A DNA stretch of 64,000 bases from Treponema sp. (GCA_017392945.1 JAFOSK010000057.1:13918-77917), one strand, 5' to 3'. Positions 1 through 10,440 are shown, counted from the stretch's first letter. The notes: generated by a model from the letters alone, not told the origin. Translations and numbers: made by a program.

Positions 1-890
1 AGCGTGCGGAAATTATGGAAAAGAAGCTTAAAATAAGTGCCAAGAAGCCGCAGAAAGTTGAAATAAGTTTTGATAACGGTAAGACATTTGAGCTTGTATC
101 AAGAGGCGAAAAATGGATGTACCGCATTGAAAATCAGGATCTTGCAGAAGGGTATCATTTTATGCTCGTTCGCGCTACAATGAAGAACGGTGAAACGGCA
201 ATTGAGCGAACGATCATCCAGATTGATAATACTGCTCCTAATATCAGACTTATTACACCTAGTCAGGGCGGACGCTATAATCAGGAACTTACGTTCAGCG
301 GACTTTCAAGTGATACTGTAGGTCTTAAGAATGTAAAACTTGCTTTGCGTAAGGGAGATAAAGCTTCTTACGAAGTACCGTCGTTTATTCAAGGATTGTA
401 TCTTGACTGGCATTTCTGGGGTGCAACTTTGTTTGATATTGGTGTAGGGCTTACGTTCTTTGATGATGCAGTAAAATTGCAGTTCCAGTGGGGACAGTTT
501 ACACAGGCGCAGAGAGAGATGTTCTCTAAGTCTGATTATCGTTACGGTGGAAATAACGTAATGGGTATTAAGATTCTTGCAAATATTGCGCAGATTCCGT
601 TCAGCTACTTCTTAGGTCATGACTGGGAATGGTTAAGCTCTTCTGTTGCGGTAGGTGCACAGTTCAGCAGATTTGATAACTCTGACAACGATAATGATGC
701 TCAGATTCTTTCTGCTTTGCTTGCACAGATAGAATTCCCTAAGGTTAAGTTCCCTAAGATGAAGATGTTCAGTTCTTTCAGCGCTTATACGGAGTTCTCC
801 CTTTGGTTTATTCCAACGGACGTTTCTGATATTGATGTAGATAGTTTTGTGCCTCAGATTTCAGAAGGTATAAGAGTTAATGTATTCTAA
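1..890 (+). CDS. C-terminal part of a large Ig-like (Big) domain surface/outer-membrane protein; 5' end lies outside the window
   Basis: Frame is open upstream of ATG15. Ig-fold-type motif 'IQIDNTAPNIRLITP...FSGLSSDTVGLKNV', then amphipathic beta-strands ending in a terminal Phe (RVNVF). Confidence 0.65.
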   Translation, partial: RAEIMEKKLKISAKKPQKVEISFDNGKTFELVSRGEKWMYRIENQDLAEGYHFMLVRATMKNGETAIERTIIQIDNTAPNIRLITPSQGGRYNQELTFSGLSSDTVGLKNVKLALRKGDKASYEVPSFIQGLYLDWHFWGATLFDIGVGLTFFDDAVKLQFQWGQFTQAQREMFSKSDYRYGGNNVMGIKILANIAQIPFSYFLGHDWEWLSSSVAVGAQFSRFDNSDNDNDAQILSALLAQIEFPKVKFPKMKMFSSFSAYTEFSLWFIPTDVSDIDVDSFVPQISEGIRVNVF

Positions 891-2013
891 GGCGGAGCAG
901 ATGAATAGGTTAAGAAGAAGAACTGTATTTATTATGCTTGCAGTTATCGGATTGTTGTGTGCAATCCCGGCAGCTGCAATCGATGCTTATGTTACTGTTG
1001 TTTACAGAAAGGTTGACATTGCGTTTATAAATAGGTCTGATTCTGAATTGGATGGAGTTCTTGGTGAGGTTAATACGGACAGAAATTATTACCTTATTGA
1101 AAATTACACCATGAAGAAAATTCGTCGGCTTGTAATTGAAGAGGAATATGAATTTGCTGTAAAAGCGGATCTTGTTGTTATTGATAACAATCTTGATAAC
1201 ATGGAAGCCGTTGAACTTTACGCTACTATTTCTGCCGCTTTGGAAAATCAGAAGGAGCAGGAACGCATACTTTTTGAGCAGAAACAGCTTGAACTTGCCC
1301 GCTTTGAGGCAGAAAAAAACAGGCAGAAAGTTGTACTTGAAAAATCTTATAGCGTGGCACAGACGCCGGAAGGTGAGACTGTTTATGTAAAGAGTAAGGA
1401 AGAAAAATTTTCTGCTATATGGTGGAAAATTGCGTTTGGTATGTTTGACGGCACATATATTCTTGATGCAGGTCATGGATATAATTCGTTCCGGTATGGA
1501 GTTTCTGTAGATTTTAACTATGAATATAATCTGGATAAAGTTCTTCTTGGTCTGGATATTACGGGGCAGGGAATTTTCCTTCCGTTTACGGGGGATGACG
1601 GTACTATACTCTGCGATTTTGAGTTTATTCCAAAAATGGGATTGCCAAAACTCAATAAGTACTTGCAGTTCAGAGCCGGAGTTGCAGGTATAATGAGCAT
1701 AGATTCTGGGGACGAATCTCAGCTTCAGGGAAATGTTTTTTCTCCTACAGTGGGAATCGGACTTAGCCGTATAAATCTCGGACGGGCGGCTTTCAGTGCA
1801 AGTGCAGATTATCTGTTCGGACATTTTGCATATTCAGGGTTGAATTTTGCAATGAATTCGGCAATGAATCTTGCGCTTCCTATAGCCGAAATGGAAAAGT
1901 TTAAAGTTGCATTTAATATTGGTGCGAAAGACACTCTGTTTGTTCGCAGTTCGGGTGTCGAAAATAGGGCAGGGTTAGTGTTGGCAATTGGAGTCGAAAA
2001 TGTTATTAAATAA
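880..2013 (+). CDS. Hypothetical exported protein: helical N-terminal domain plus probable C-terminal beta-barrel
   Basis: Signal-peptide-like N-terminus, coiled-coil segment, alternating hydrophobic strands in the C-half. Overlaps both neighbouring genes. Confidence 0.55.
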   Translation: MYSKAEQMNRLRRRTVFIMLAVIGLLCAIPAAAIDAYVTVVYRKVDIAFINRSDSELDGVLGEVNTDRNYYLIENYTMKKIRRLVIEEEYEFAVKADLVVIDNNLDNMEAVELYATISAALENQKEQERILFEQKQLELARFEAEKNRQKVVLEKSYSVAQTPEGETVYVKSKEEKFSAIWWKIAFGMFDGTYILDAGHGYNSFRYGVSVDFNYEYNLDKVLLGLDITGQGIFLPFTGDDGTILCDFEFIPKMGLPKLNKYLQFRAGVAGIMSIDSGDESQLQGNVFSPTVGIGLSRINLGRAAFSASADYLFGHFAYSGLNFAMNSAMNLALPIAEMEKFKVAFNIGAKDTLFVRSSGVENRAGLVLAIGVENVIK

Positions 2014-3436
2014 AAAAATTATTAGGTTTGTTTGTACTCTTTTGGGAATGATGATAATTTCAGCAGCGGCTTTCGCTCAGACTAGTCAGGATGCTCTGGT
2101 TCAGAAATATCTTGAAAAGGCTAATGCTGAATTTGACGATGGTAATATTGAGGGCGCATATAAGAATATCAATGCGACTCTTAATTTCTGCGTGACGAAT
2201 GGCGGTATTATTCCGGCAAATGTTCTTGTGATTACAAGAAGCATTTATACACAGCGGCTTAAGCAGATTCAGCGTAAATATAATGAGAATGCGTATATTG
2301 ATATTAAGACTAATCTTGAAGAAAAATTTCCGGCTGTAAATACTACGGAACTTTCAAAGCTTCTTAAACAGATAGCGGCTGACGTTGCGGCAACAGAAAA
2401 GGCCGAAAATAAAAAACAGCAGAAGGACTTTTTGGACAGCATCAAGTCGTCTACTAGTTCTACAAATGACGCTATTGCGGAGTTGGGAAACAAGATGGTT
2501 GATCAGGGTGAGCAGATGATGCGTCAGACTGAAGAAACCAATAAAAATATCTCAAAGATGATTGATGAAAATGTAAGGTCCAGCGAGAAGACTCAGCAGA
2601 GCATTACATTAATATTTATTGTTGTTGTAATCATTGTTGTTGTAATTCTTTTGATTGTAGGATTAATTTTGCTTATCATGCGCATAAGCGTTAAGCAGAG
2701 TCAGATGCAGCAGGCTCAGTATGCTGAAGCATTCAGGCTTTTGGCTCAGAACCAGAGTCAGACAAATCAGCTTATGATCGGCGGTATTGCAGGCCTTTAC
2801 GGATCTGATGGACTTAAATTGGCAGGAAGTTCAACCTGGAGTCAGGAAGCTTTGCCAGAGCCGGAAGATACAGAGGAAGAAAAAGAATCGCTTCGAGAAC
2901 TTGCTGTAAAATGTGAAGAGCTTGGCACAAAAATTGATCAGACAACAGGAAGAAAAAATAATTCAAAGAACGTTTCTGAACTTGTATACAAACTGGCAGT
3001 CAAGCTTGGAGTGCGTCAGCACGATGCAATGGTTTATTTCTGTGCTTCCATGGTTTATGATGCTGGATTCCTTTCTTTTGAACCAGAACTCTTGCAGGCA
3101 GAGCAGCTTACAGAAGAAGAAAGAAAAAAGATTGCGCGTCATATAGATATGGCTGAAGATCATCTTCAGTTTGTTCCAAAAAAATATTGGGAAGTGTTCT
3201 ATAATGCAGCTAAGTTCCATCATGAAAACGAAGATGGTTCTGGATATACGGGTGTAAAAGGAGATGATATTCCTAAGATTGCGAAAATTATCCGTGTTGC
3301 AGACAGTTACAATGCGCTTTCCAGCAAGCGTGCATTCCGTGGAGGAATGGATAAAGATTCTGCCGTTGAAAAACTTGAGCAGGAATCCTACTTGTACGAC
3401 AAAGATGTGCTTAATGCCCTCAAGGAGATAATCTAA
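2000..3436 (+). CDS. Membrane-anchored HD-GYP domain protein with degenerate motifs
   Basis: Signal peptide, helical domain and long TM helix, then 'MVYDAG...HHENEDGSGYTG...IPKIAKIIRVADSYNAL'. ATG2000 has GGAG upstream. Confidence 0.8.
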   Translation: MLLNKKIIRFVCTLLGMMIISAAAFAQTSQDALVQKYLEKANAEFDDGNIEGAYKNINATLNFCVTNGGIIPANVLVITRSIYTQRLKQIQRKYNENAYIDIKTNLEEKFPAVNTTELSKLLKQIAADVAATEKAENKKQQKDFLDSIKSSTSSTNDAIAELGNKMVDQGEQMMRQTEETNKNISKMIDENVRSSEKTQQSITLIFIVVVIIVVVILLIVGLILLIMRISVKQSQMQQAQYAEAFRLLAQNQSQTNQLMIGGIAGLYGSDGLKLAGSSTWSQEALPEPEDTEEEKESLRELAVKCEELGTKIDQTTGRKNNSKNVSELVYKLAVKLGVRQHDAMVYFCASMVYDAGFLSFEPELLQAEQLTEEERKKIARHIDMAEDHLQFVPKKYWEVFYNAAKFHHENEDGSGYTGVKGDDIPKIAKIIRVADSYNALSSKRAFRGGMDKDSAVEKLEQESYLYDKDVLNALKEII

Positions 3437-3509
3437 GTATGTGATCCATTGGACATGCTTTGGAATTTCTTTTTATATTGATTATTATATGAACATTTAG
3501 GAGTTCACG

Positions 3510-3547
3510 CCCGGAGATCATGAATGTGATTTCCGGGTATTTTTTTT
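3510..3547 (+). terminator. Rho-independent terminator
   Basis: CCCGGAGATCA/TGATTTCCGGG stem followed by a T-run. Confidence 0.75.
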
Positions 3548-3636
3548 AACAGAAAAATAAATCAATTTTGGTGATCTTTATGTAAAACTTTCCACATGAG
3601 TATAAACTATGTTTTTTTTTTGCCGATAAACGAAGC

Positions 3637-6030
3637 ATGAAAAAGATTGTTTTTTATGTTGTTTTTTTGATTCTAGCTTCTGATATATTTGCGAAAAGAG
3701 TAAAACCATTATATAACCTGCCGGAAAAAGAACCTGTACCGGAAATTTTGGAACGTCCCGGAGAAACAAAGAATTTTCTGGTTGGAACGTCGAAAGGTCT
3801 TTTTAAGGTAAATACAGGAAATTCTGCGGTTCCGCTTTGGGTAGACGGGGCTGTTGATCAGATATTGCGTACAGAGGTTTTTGGTGAAGATGGAAAAATC
3901 ATAGAAAACTGGTATTTCAGGACGTCTAAAGGAATTTTGTTTTCAACTGATCTGGAAACTTTTGAATACAGGAATGAGGGACTTCCGGTTCTTACGCTTA
4001 AACGTTATGACGGCACAAACACAATATTTGAAAAAGAAACCGCAAATCTTAAGGATATATGTGCAAATCCGCTTAATCCCATGCAGCTGGTTACTGCTAC
4101 AAAAGATGCAGTGTATTTAAGCCGTGACGGCGGTAAAAGCTGGAAAAATCTAGGCTCAATGAGCGGTGCAACTCCTGGCGTAAAAGCATGTGCAATAGGT
4201 TCTATGCCTGTTGTTTTTGCGGACGGCACAAAAGGAACAGAACTTGTTGTTTTTATGAGCCATCCTATATTTGGATTGAGCTATATAAAGCCGGATGCAG
4301 CGAAGCCGTCCTGGTTTGATGTTTCAAAGGGATTTGAAATGCTCCCGTCTATGACAAGCCCGGATGAAATTGCAGATATTCTGCCGGTTCTTGTAAGGGA
4401 AGATGACGGTTCAAGCTATGTTGAAATGTATTTGACCAATACTTTTATTCCTCGTGTCTATAAATTTGACTGGCCCAACCGTTGCGGCGTACAGGTTTAT
4501 AAAGGCGTAGAACCTGTTGAAACAATGGACGGACTTTATTGCGTTGATGACAAGATTGTCTTTTCTAAAAATGAAAGTGTTTCTGCTCTTGATATGAAGA
4601 CATTTGCGGTTCAATCTGAGCCGGAACAGTTTGCTTCCTGGCGTCGTGTATTTTCTGCGGTTCCGGGAAATTTGAATTCTGCATGGGTTCCGTACACAAA
4701 AACAGGATTTAAAAAAGGTCTTTGTTTGAACGAGCTTTGGCTTTTGTATCCGGGAACCGTTAATTCTGATTATGGTGCTAAAGCTGGGGGGCAGAAGTCA
4801 ATTTATGTTTCTGCATATCAATGCAGGCTTCAGGCTGGAATAGATAAGTTTAAAAAGCTTATAAAAGATAATGGACTGAATAGTCTTGTAATTGATATGA
4901 AAGATGATTACGGACTTTTAAGATATGACGCGAAAGATCCGCTTGTCGTAAAGAAAGGAAAAATAACACAGTATGCGGTTGATTTGGATCATTTTGTCTC
5001 TGAATTCAAAAAAGATAATGTATATCTGATTGCCAGAATCGTTGTCTTTAAAGACAAAAATCTTGCGAAATTCGGTGGTTCAAAATATGCTGTATGGAAT
5101 TACAATACTAACGCACCTTGGCTTGGAATAAAAGAATATGAAGATATAATTGACGAAGAGACTCAGGAAGTTACCGGCAAAAAAACAATTTATTACGATG
5201 AAAGCTGGGTGGATCCTTATTGTCCTGAAGTCTGGGAATATAATATTGCGATTGCGAAGGAACTTATTTCCCGCGGATTTGATGAAATTCAATTTGACTA
5301 TATTAGATTCCCTACAGACGGATACAATTTGAAGCAGGCTTCTTACCGATGGAAAAGTCAGGGAATGGACAAGGAGTCGGCATTGGTTTCGTTCCTGCGG
5401 TATGCGCGCGAGAATATTAAGGCTCCTATTGGAATTGACATTTACGGTGCAAACGGTTGGTATAGAAGCGGTACTCGTACTGGTCAGGATGTAGAAATGA
5501 TGGCACGATATGTTGACGTTATAGGTCCTATGTTCTACCCGAGTCATTTTGAAAATGGTTTTATGAATTATCCGCCGGTTGCTGACAGGACATACAGGAT
5601 ATATTATTATGGAACTTACAGGAATTCTGTGATCGCCCGTAACAGGGTGGTTGTGCGTCCGTGGGTTCAGACATTTTATCTTAATGTAAGTTATGACCGT
5701 CAGTACTACAACAAGGACTATGTAGTTAAGGAAGTCTTCGGAGTAAGGGACTCTGTAAATAACGGTTATATGCATTGGAATAATGCCGGAAATTACGATA
5801 TGCTTTCTCCTGATGTTGGCGAAACCGATGTCTTTATAGGAACATGCGATGAAGCTAGCGGCACATTCAGGAAGCCGGCTTTTGGAAAGGCGCAGGCTCC
5901 CAAGTATAAAGACGAAGGAATAACATGGATGGATCGTGTTTACCAGCATGGTGAATATGGTCCGGACAGAGGAGCAATGGAAACTGTTTATAATCCCTTG
6001 CTTCAGATAAATTTAGTGAATACAAAATAA
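3637..6030 (+). CDS. Exported putative glycoside hydrolase (DUF4015-like TIM barrel) with N-terminal BNR/beta-propeller region
   Basis: Signal peptide; Asp-box 'SRDGGKSW'; 'NSLVIDMKDDYG', 'IARIVVFKD', 'GFDEIQFDYIRFP', 'PMFYPSHF', 'RPWVQ'. Confidence 0.75.
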   Translation: MKKIVFYVVFLILASDIFAKRVKPLYNLPEKEPVPEILERPGETKNFLVGTSKGLFKVNTGNSAVPLWVDGAVDQILRTEVFGEDGKIIENWYFRTSKGILFSTDLETFEYRNEGLPVLTLKRYDGTNTIFEKETANLKDICANPLNPMQLVTATKDAVYLSRDGGKSWKNLGSMSGATPGVKACAIGSMPVVFADGTKGTELVVFMSHPIFGLSYIKPDAAKPSWFDVSKGFEMLPSMTSPDEIADILPVLVREDDGSSYVEMYLTNTFIPRVYKFDWPNRCGVQVYKGVEPVETMDGLYCVDDKIVFSKNESVSALDMKTFAVQSEPEQFASWRRVFSAVPGNLNSAWVPYTKTGFKKGLCLNELWLLYPGTVNSDYGAKAGGQKSIYVSAYQCRLQAGIDKFKKLIKDNGLNSLVIDMKDDYGLLRYDAKDPLVVKKGKITQYAVDLDHFVSEFKKDNVYLIARIVVFKDKNLAKFGGSKYAVWNYNTNAPWLGIKEYEDIIDEETQEVTGKKTIYYDESWVDPYCPEVWEYNIAIAKELISRGFDEIQFDYIRFPTDGYNLKQASYRWKSQGMDKESALVSFLRYARENIKAPIGIDIYGANGWYRSGTRTGQDVEMMARYVDVIGPMFYPSHFENGFMNYPPVADRTYRIYYYGTYRNSVIARNRVVVRPWVQTFYLNVSYDRQYYNKDYVVKEVFGVRDSVNNGYMHWNNAGNYDMLSPDVGETDVFIGTCDEASGTFRKPAFGKAQAPKYKDEGITWMDRVYQHGEYGPDRGAMETVYNPLLQINLVNTK

Positions 6031-6128
6031 ACCGGTTCTGAATCTGAGGTTCATTTGGCATTCGCCGTTCTTTTGAATGGTTTGTGTTTCTGGTGAAAAA
6101 AGATTTCTGAGCCGGAAAGGAAAGTAAT

Positions 6129-7520
6129 ATGCCGAATCCAAAATATGCCCCAGAAGAACCGATATGTGCTGTTGCAACTGCGCTTGCTCCGGCTGCATTG
6201 GGAATTGTACGCTGTTCAGGAAAAAACTGTATAAGTTTGTTGGGCAGCGTTTTTTCACGTCCAAAAGCTTTGGAAGAAGCCGCTGGAAATACATTGGTGT
6301 ACGGCTGGATCCGGGATGGCGAAAACCTTGTAGACGAGGTTATGGTAAGTATTTTTAGAGCTCCTAAAAGTTTTACCGGTGAAGACATGGTGGAAATCTC
6401 GTGTCACGGTGGGCCGTCTGTAGTTCTTGCAATACACAGGCTTCTTTTAAGAAGCGGATTCAGGCAGGCAGAACGAGGAGAATTTACTTTCAGGGCATTT
6501 ATAAACGGCAAAGCTGATCTTACAAAAGCAGAGGCTGTAAAGGAAATTATTGACAGCCGTACTATAGAAGGCCGTTCAAGGGCAGCAGGAAGGCTTTCTG
6601 GTGCCCTTTACGAAGAAATAGACGACATAAAAAAACTTATTACAGATACGCTGGCTTCTATTGAAGTGGAGATTGAATATCCTGAAGACGAAGAAACGAT
6701 TGCAGATTCTTTTGACAGCAAAGATCTTAAGAAAGCAGTTGAAAGATTGTCACAGCTTAGTTCCTCTTGGAAGGGCGAAAAGCTGTATCAGGATGGTGCG
6801 CGCGTAGTTTTGTGCGGAAGGACAAATGCCGGAAAATCAAGTCTTTTTAATGCGATTTTAAAAGAAGAGCGTGCAATTGTAAGCGATATAGAAGGAACTA
6901 CAAGAGACTGGATTGAAAGCTGGGTTGATTTTGATGGAATTCCAGTGCGACTTTTTGATACGGCTGGGCTTAGAGAAACAGATGATGTAATTGAAGCGCA
7001 TGGCGTTGAGCTTACTCATTCGCTTTCGGAAGATGCGGATATAATACTTTATCTTGCAGACAGTCGCTATAATATTAATACCGAGGATCTTATTTTCTTA
7101 AGATTGTGCAAAAATCCGGTTGTATTTGTATGGAACAAATGCGATCTGGCAGAAACAGAAAAATCGCTTTCTGTTCAATTTAAAGCTGAGATTCCTACTA
7201 TAAAGGCAGAATTACATATTAGTGCGAATAAAGGGGAAGGTTTTTCTGAATTGTATAAATCTGTAAGGAATATTCTTACGGCAGGGGCTTCTACAGAGAG
7301 GACTCAGGCTGGACTTGGTTCAGAAAGACAGAAAGCGGCTGTTGAAGAAGCTTTGGAAAGCGTAAGACATGCAATTACAGTTGCCGAAGAAGACTATGCA
7401 CTTGATGCTGTAGTTCAGGATCTGGAAGATGCCTTGAATTCACTTGGAGAAGTTACCGGCGAAGTTACAGCGGATGATGTTCTTGGCAGTATTTTCAGCA
7501 GGTTTTGCGTAGGTAAGTAA
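6129..7520 (+). CDS. mnmE: tRNA modification GTPase MnmE
   Basis: 'SFTGEDMVEISCHGG', 'GEFTFRAFINGK', 'GRTNAGKSSL', 'GTTRD', 'DTAGLR', 'NKCD', C-terminal 'FSRFCVGK'. Confidence 0.97.
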   Translation: MPNPKYAPEEPICAVATALAPAALGIVRCSGKNCISLLGSVFSRPKALEEAAGNTLVYGWIRDGENLVDEVMVSIFRAPKSFTGEDMVEISCHGGPSVVLAIHRLLLRSGFRQAERGEFTFRAFINGKADLTKAEAVKEIIDSRTIEGRSRAAGRLSGALYEEIDDIKKLITDTLASIEVEIEYPEDEETIADSFDSKDLKKAVERLSQLSSSWKGEKLYQDGARVVLCGRTNAGKSSLFNAILKEERAIVSDIEGTTRDWIESWVDFDGIPVRLFDTAGLRETDDVIEAHGVELTHSLSEDADIILYLADSRYNINTEDLIFLRLCKNPVVFVWNKCDLAETEKSLSVQFKAEIPTIKAELHISANKGEGFSELYKSVRNILTAGASTERTQAGLGSERQKAAVEEALESVRHAITVAEEDYALDAVVQDLEDALNSLGEVTGEVTADDVLGSIFSRFCVGK

Positions 7521-7523
7521 AAA

Positions 7524-8189
7524 ATGAATGAAGAATATATTTTTTTTGATTTGGACGGTACTCTTACAGATTCGCAGCCGGGTATTTATGATTCACTGCG
7601 GATTATGCTGGCACATTTTGGAATTAAAAAGACAGATGAAGAACTTAAGCCGTTTTTAGGGCCGGCCTTATGGGACAGCCTTCCGATGTACTGTTCTTTT
7701 ACGCATGAGCAGTGCGTAGAGGCTGTTGAAGTTTTCAGGGAGCATTATTTTAACATAGGAATTTATAACAACCGTGTTTACGACGGAATTATTCCACTTT
7801 TGGAAGAACTTAAGGCCGCAGGAAAGAAACTTGTGATTGCAACCGGGAAGCCTACCGAACAAGCTGAAATTGTAGTGGATCATTTTAATCTTGCAAAATA
7901 CTTTGATTTTGTTGCGGGAAGTTCGCTGGATAGGAGCCGTAGTAAAAAAGGGCAGGTTATTGCGTATGCACTGCAGAATCTGAATCTTGGTGAAGAGAAT
8001 CGCAGACATATTCTTATGGTTGGCGACAGAAAAAATGATATAGATGGTGCTCATGAAAATGGTTTAAAAGTTGCGGCGGTTTTGTACGGTTATGGAAATC
8101 GTGAGGAATTTGAAAATGCTGGAGCCGATTTCATAGTGGACGATGTGGCAGAGCTTAAGAATTTTTTATTCGGTCATAAGGTTCAATAA
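7524..8189 (+). CDS. HAD-IA family hydrolase (phosphoglycolate phosphatase / 5'-nucleotidase-like)
   Basis: 'FDLDGTLTDS', 'IATGK', 'MVGDRKNDIDGA'. Confidence 0.9.
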   Translation: MNEEYIFFDLDGTLTDSQPGIYDSLRIMLAHFGIKKTDEELKPFLGPALWDSLPMYCSFTHEQCVEAVEVFREHYFNIGIYNNRVYDGIIPLLEELKAAGKKLVIATGKPTEQAEIVVDHFNLAKYFDFVAGSSLDRSRSKKGQVIAYALQNLNLGEENRRHILMVGDRKNDIDGAHENGLKVAAVLYGYGNREEFENAGADFIVDDVAELKNFLFGHKVQ

Positions 8190-8224
8190 TCTTGCTGATT
8201 GCGGTCGGGGGCTGTTCATTTTGC

Positions 8225-8335
8225 AGAATCGGCTGCGCCCGGCATGGAAGGGGCACCGCAGGTGCTTGCGGAGCGAAGCGTAGCAATGAGCGTTAGCGGA
8301 ACCCTGGAACGCCGGTTACGGATCCGGTTGCGCTG
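8225..8335. repeat. GC-rich multibranched palindromic intergenic element (REP-like)
   Basis: CCGGC/GCCGG and AGGG/CCCT outer arms enclose GCACC-GCA-GGTGC, GCGAAGC and GCGTTAGCGG; GC-rich island in an AT-rich intergenic region. Confidence 0.55.
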
Positions 8336-8399
8336 AAATTTTTATTTTTGAAAAAAAACTTTAATTGTAGTTATCGCGGTTTTACATTAAAATAAAGGC

Positions 8400-9560
8400 A
8401 TGTATAATCCGATTTTGGGCGACTGGCTCATTCTTGCTCTGCTGTTTTTGAATTGCAGCCGAATTTTTTTTCTAAAATATGGAAAGATTGATACTTTAAC
8501 TATTCTTGCGCCGATTTGTATTGTACTTTCTGTTTTGCAGATTGTTGCGTGGGGAATGTATTTATATTCTTTTGCGATTCTTGCCATTTCGATTCTGGCA
8601 TTTTTAATTAATTTCAGGGCGTTTCTGCGTTTTAATTCTGGGCTTTTTGTAGATCATTATAGTACAGGGTTTAAGCTTGGTGCTATGCTTGTGATTGTTC
8701 TTACAGTTGCTGTTGGTGGTATGCTTATTTATTTCAGACCTGAAAATGTTCATCCTGCAAAATTTTCTGCGGCAATACGGAAAATCCGGGTTTCGGGGGA
8801 TTTTACGAACGGATTTTCGCGCTCGCTGCCGTTTGAATTCGCTCAGGGAGAAATTGTAATTGTTGAACCAGAAGATACTGACGGGGCAAAAAAGCAGAGC
8901 GTGATTATTTTCCCGGATAAGAATGCCGGAATATCGGATTATATGCCGCTTGCTCTCGTTCTTGCAAAAAAAGGTTATTCTGTTTTTTTAGGCGATTTTT
9001 ATGCGCGGGATGGAAAGTGGTGTCATTCTGTTGCGGATTTTAAGTTTTTCAGACGGGCAATGCTTTTGCATGAAAAAATGTTCATGCCTGAGCGTTTCGA
9101 AGCGCAGAAACAGTTTTATACGTTCAATATGGAAAAAGAATGTGCGGTTATGCTGGAAATTGTAAGGCAGGAAACGGTGCGCGCTGACGGTTTGTTTGAA
9201 CCGGTTTATATGATCGGAGACTGGATGAGCGAAATTGCATTGCCGGAATTTATTTCTGAGCACAAGGAATCTGTGTGCGGATATACGATTCTTACAGATT
9301 TTGAGGAATATAAGCTGCCGGGGTACGGTTTTGTTCAGGCATCAGATCCTCTGCTGGCCTTTAAGTTTAGGGCAGAACGGGATTCCGGCCTTAAGAACGT
9401 AGGTGAAATAGCTGATAAAATAGAAACGTTGATTCCTGAAAAGAAATTTCCGGAATCTGAGCCGAGACTAGAATCTGAATCTGATGCTGAAAATGTAGAT
9501 GCGGAAAGCGGAAAAACTGTGGAAACAGTGAATGACGGAAGAAATGCAGACGGAAATTAA
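8400..9560 (+). CDS. Hypothetical membrane protein (about 4 N-terminal TM helices, soluble domain, acidic tail)
   Basis: Hydrophobic N-terminal segments; 'YMPLALVLAKKGYSVF' is weakly reminiscent of an alpha/beta-hydrolase. Confidence 0.6.
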   Translation: MYNPILGDWLILALLFLNCSRIFFLKYGKIDTLTILAPICIVLSVLQIVAWGMYLYSFAILAISILAFLINFRAFLRFNSGLFVDHYSTGFKLGAMLVIVLTVAVGGMLIYFRPENVHPAKFSAAIRKIRVSGDFTNGFSRSLPFEFAQGEIVIVEPEDTDGAKKQSVIIFPDKNAGISDYMPLALVLAKKGYSVFLGDFYARDGKWCHSVADFKFFRRAMLLHEKMFMPERFEAQKQFYTFNMEKECAVMLEIVRQETVRADGLFEPVYMIGDWMSEIALPEFISEHKESVCGYTILTDFEEYKLPGYGFVQASDPLLAFKFRAERDSGLKNVGEIADKIETLIPEKKFPESEPRLESESDAENVDAESGKTVETVNDGRNADGN

Positions 9561-9672
9561 AAAACGGAAGCTGAAACGGAAATGGTAACTGAGACGGAAT
9601 GCCGTGGATTTTGCGGAAAAAACGGTTCTGTGGATGCTGTTTGTAAAAAAATGAAGGGCGGGTTAGAAGCAT

Positions 9673-10440
9673 ATGACTTTGAACGAACTGGATAAGTATT
9701 TCAGAAGTTTTTTGAAAATAGAAAATTTTTCAAATGATCTGGCGATAAACGGAATTCAGATAGAGAACAGTGATCCTAGAGGAAAGGAAATTAAAAAAAT
9801 TGCCTTTGCGGTAGATGCCTGTGAAGAAACTGTTGAAAAGGCTGCCTGTGCAGGAGCGGATGTGCTGTTTGTTCATCATGGATTATTCTGGGGACATTGC
9901 CAGGCAGTTACAGGTTCGCATTATAAAAGGGTTGCAGGCTTTATAAAGAATGATATTGCTCTGTATGCGTGCCATATTCCCCTGGATGCGAATGAGCCGT
10001 ACGGAAATAATTACGGACTTGCGGATCGGTTGGGATTAAAAAATCGGGAGCCGTTCGGAACATGGCGTGGTATGGTTCTTGGAATAAAGGGTGAACTGGA
10101 AAAAGAGGTTTTCTTGGAAGATCTGGCACGCATGATGCTTGAGGATGGACAAAAGCCGCTTGCGGTTCTTCCCTTCGGAAAAAAAATGATACGTACGGTC
10201 GGTGTTATTTCTGGTGGAGCTGCAGAAGACGTTGAAGATGCTGTTTCGGAAGGTTTGGATGCATACATTACAGGAGAGGCCGGGCATGAGATCTATCATT
10301 TTGTGAAGGAATCGGGTATAAATTTTATTGCTGGAGGACATTACCAGACTGAGACAATAGGGGTAAACCTTATAAAGAAAAAAGTCGAAAATGAACTAGG
10401 ACTGGAAACGGTATTTATAGATGTGCCTAGTGGTCTTTAA
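9673..10440 (+). CDS. Nif3-like dinuclear metal centre protein (YbgI family)
   Basis: 'NGIQIE', 'FAVDA', 'FVHHGLFW', 'HIPLDA', 'YITGE', 'GHYQTE'. Confidence 0.93.
   Translation: MTLNELDKYFRSFLKIENFSNDLAINGIQIENSDPRGKEIKKIAFAVDACEETVEKAACAGADVLFVHHGLFWGHCQAVTGSHYKRVAGFIKNDIALYACHIPLDANEPYGNNYGLADRLGLKNREPFGTWRGMVLGIKGELEKEVFLEDLARMMLEDGQKPLAVLPFGKKMIRTVGVISGGAAEDVEDAVSEGLDAYITGEAGHEIYHFVKESGINFIAGGHYQTETIGVNLIKKKVENELGLETVFIDVPSGL

Noticed and set aside
910-1824. Long antisense ORFs (also 5080-5949, 23870-24517, 51583-52209)
   Set aside because: They overlap better-supported genes on the opposite strand and show no motifs.
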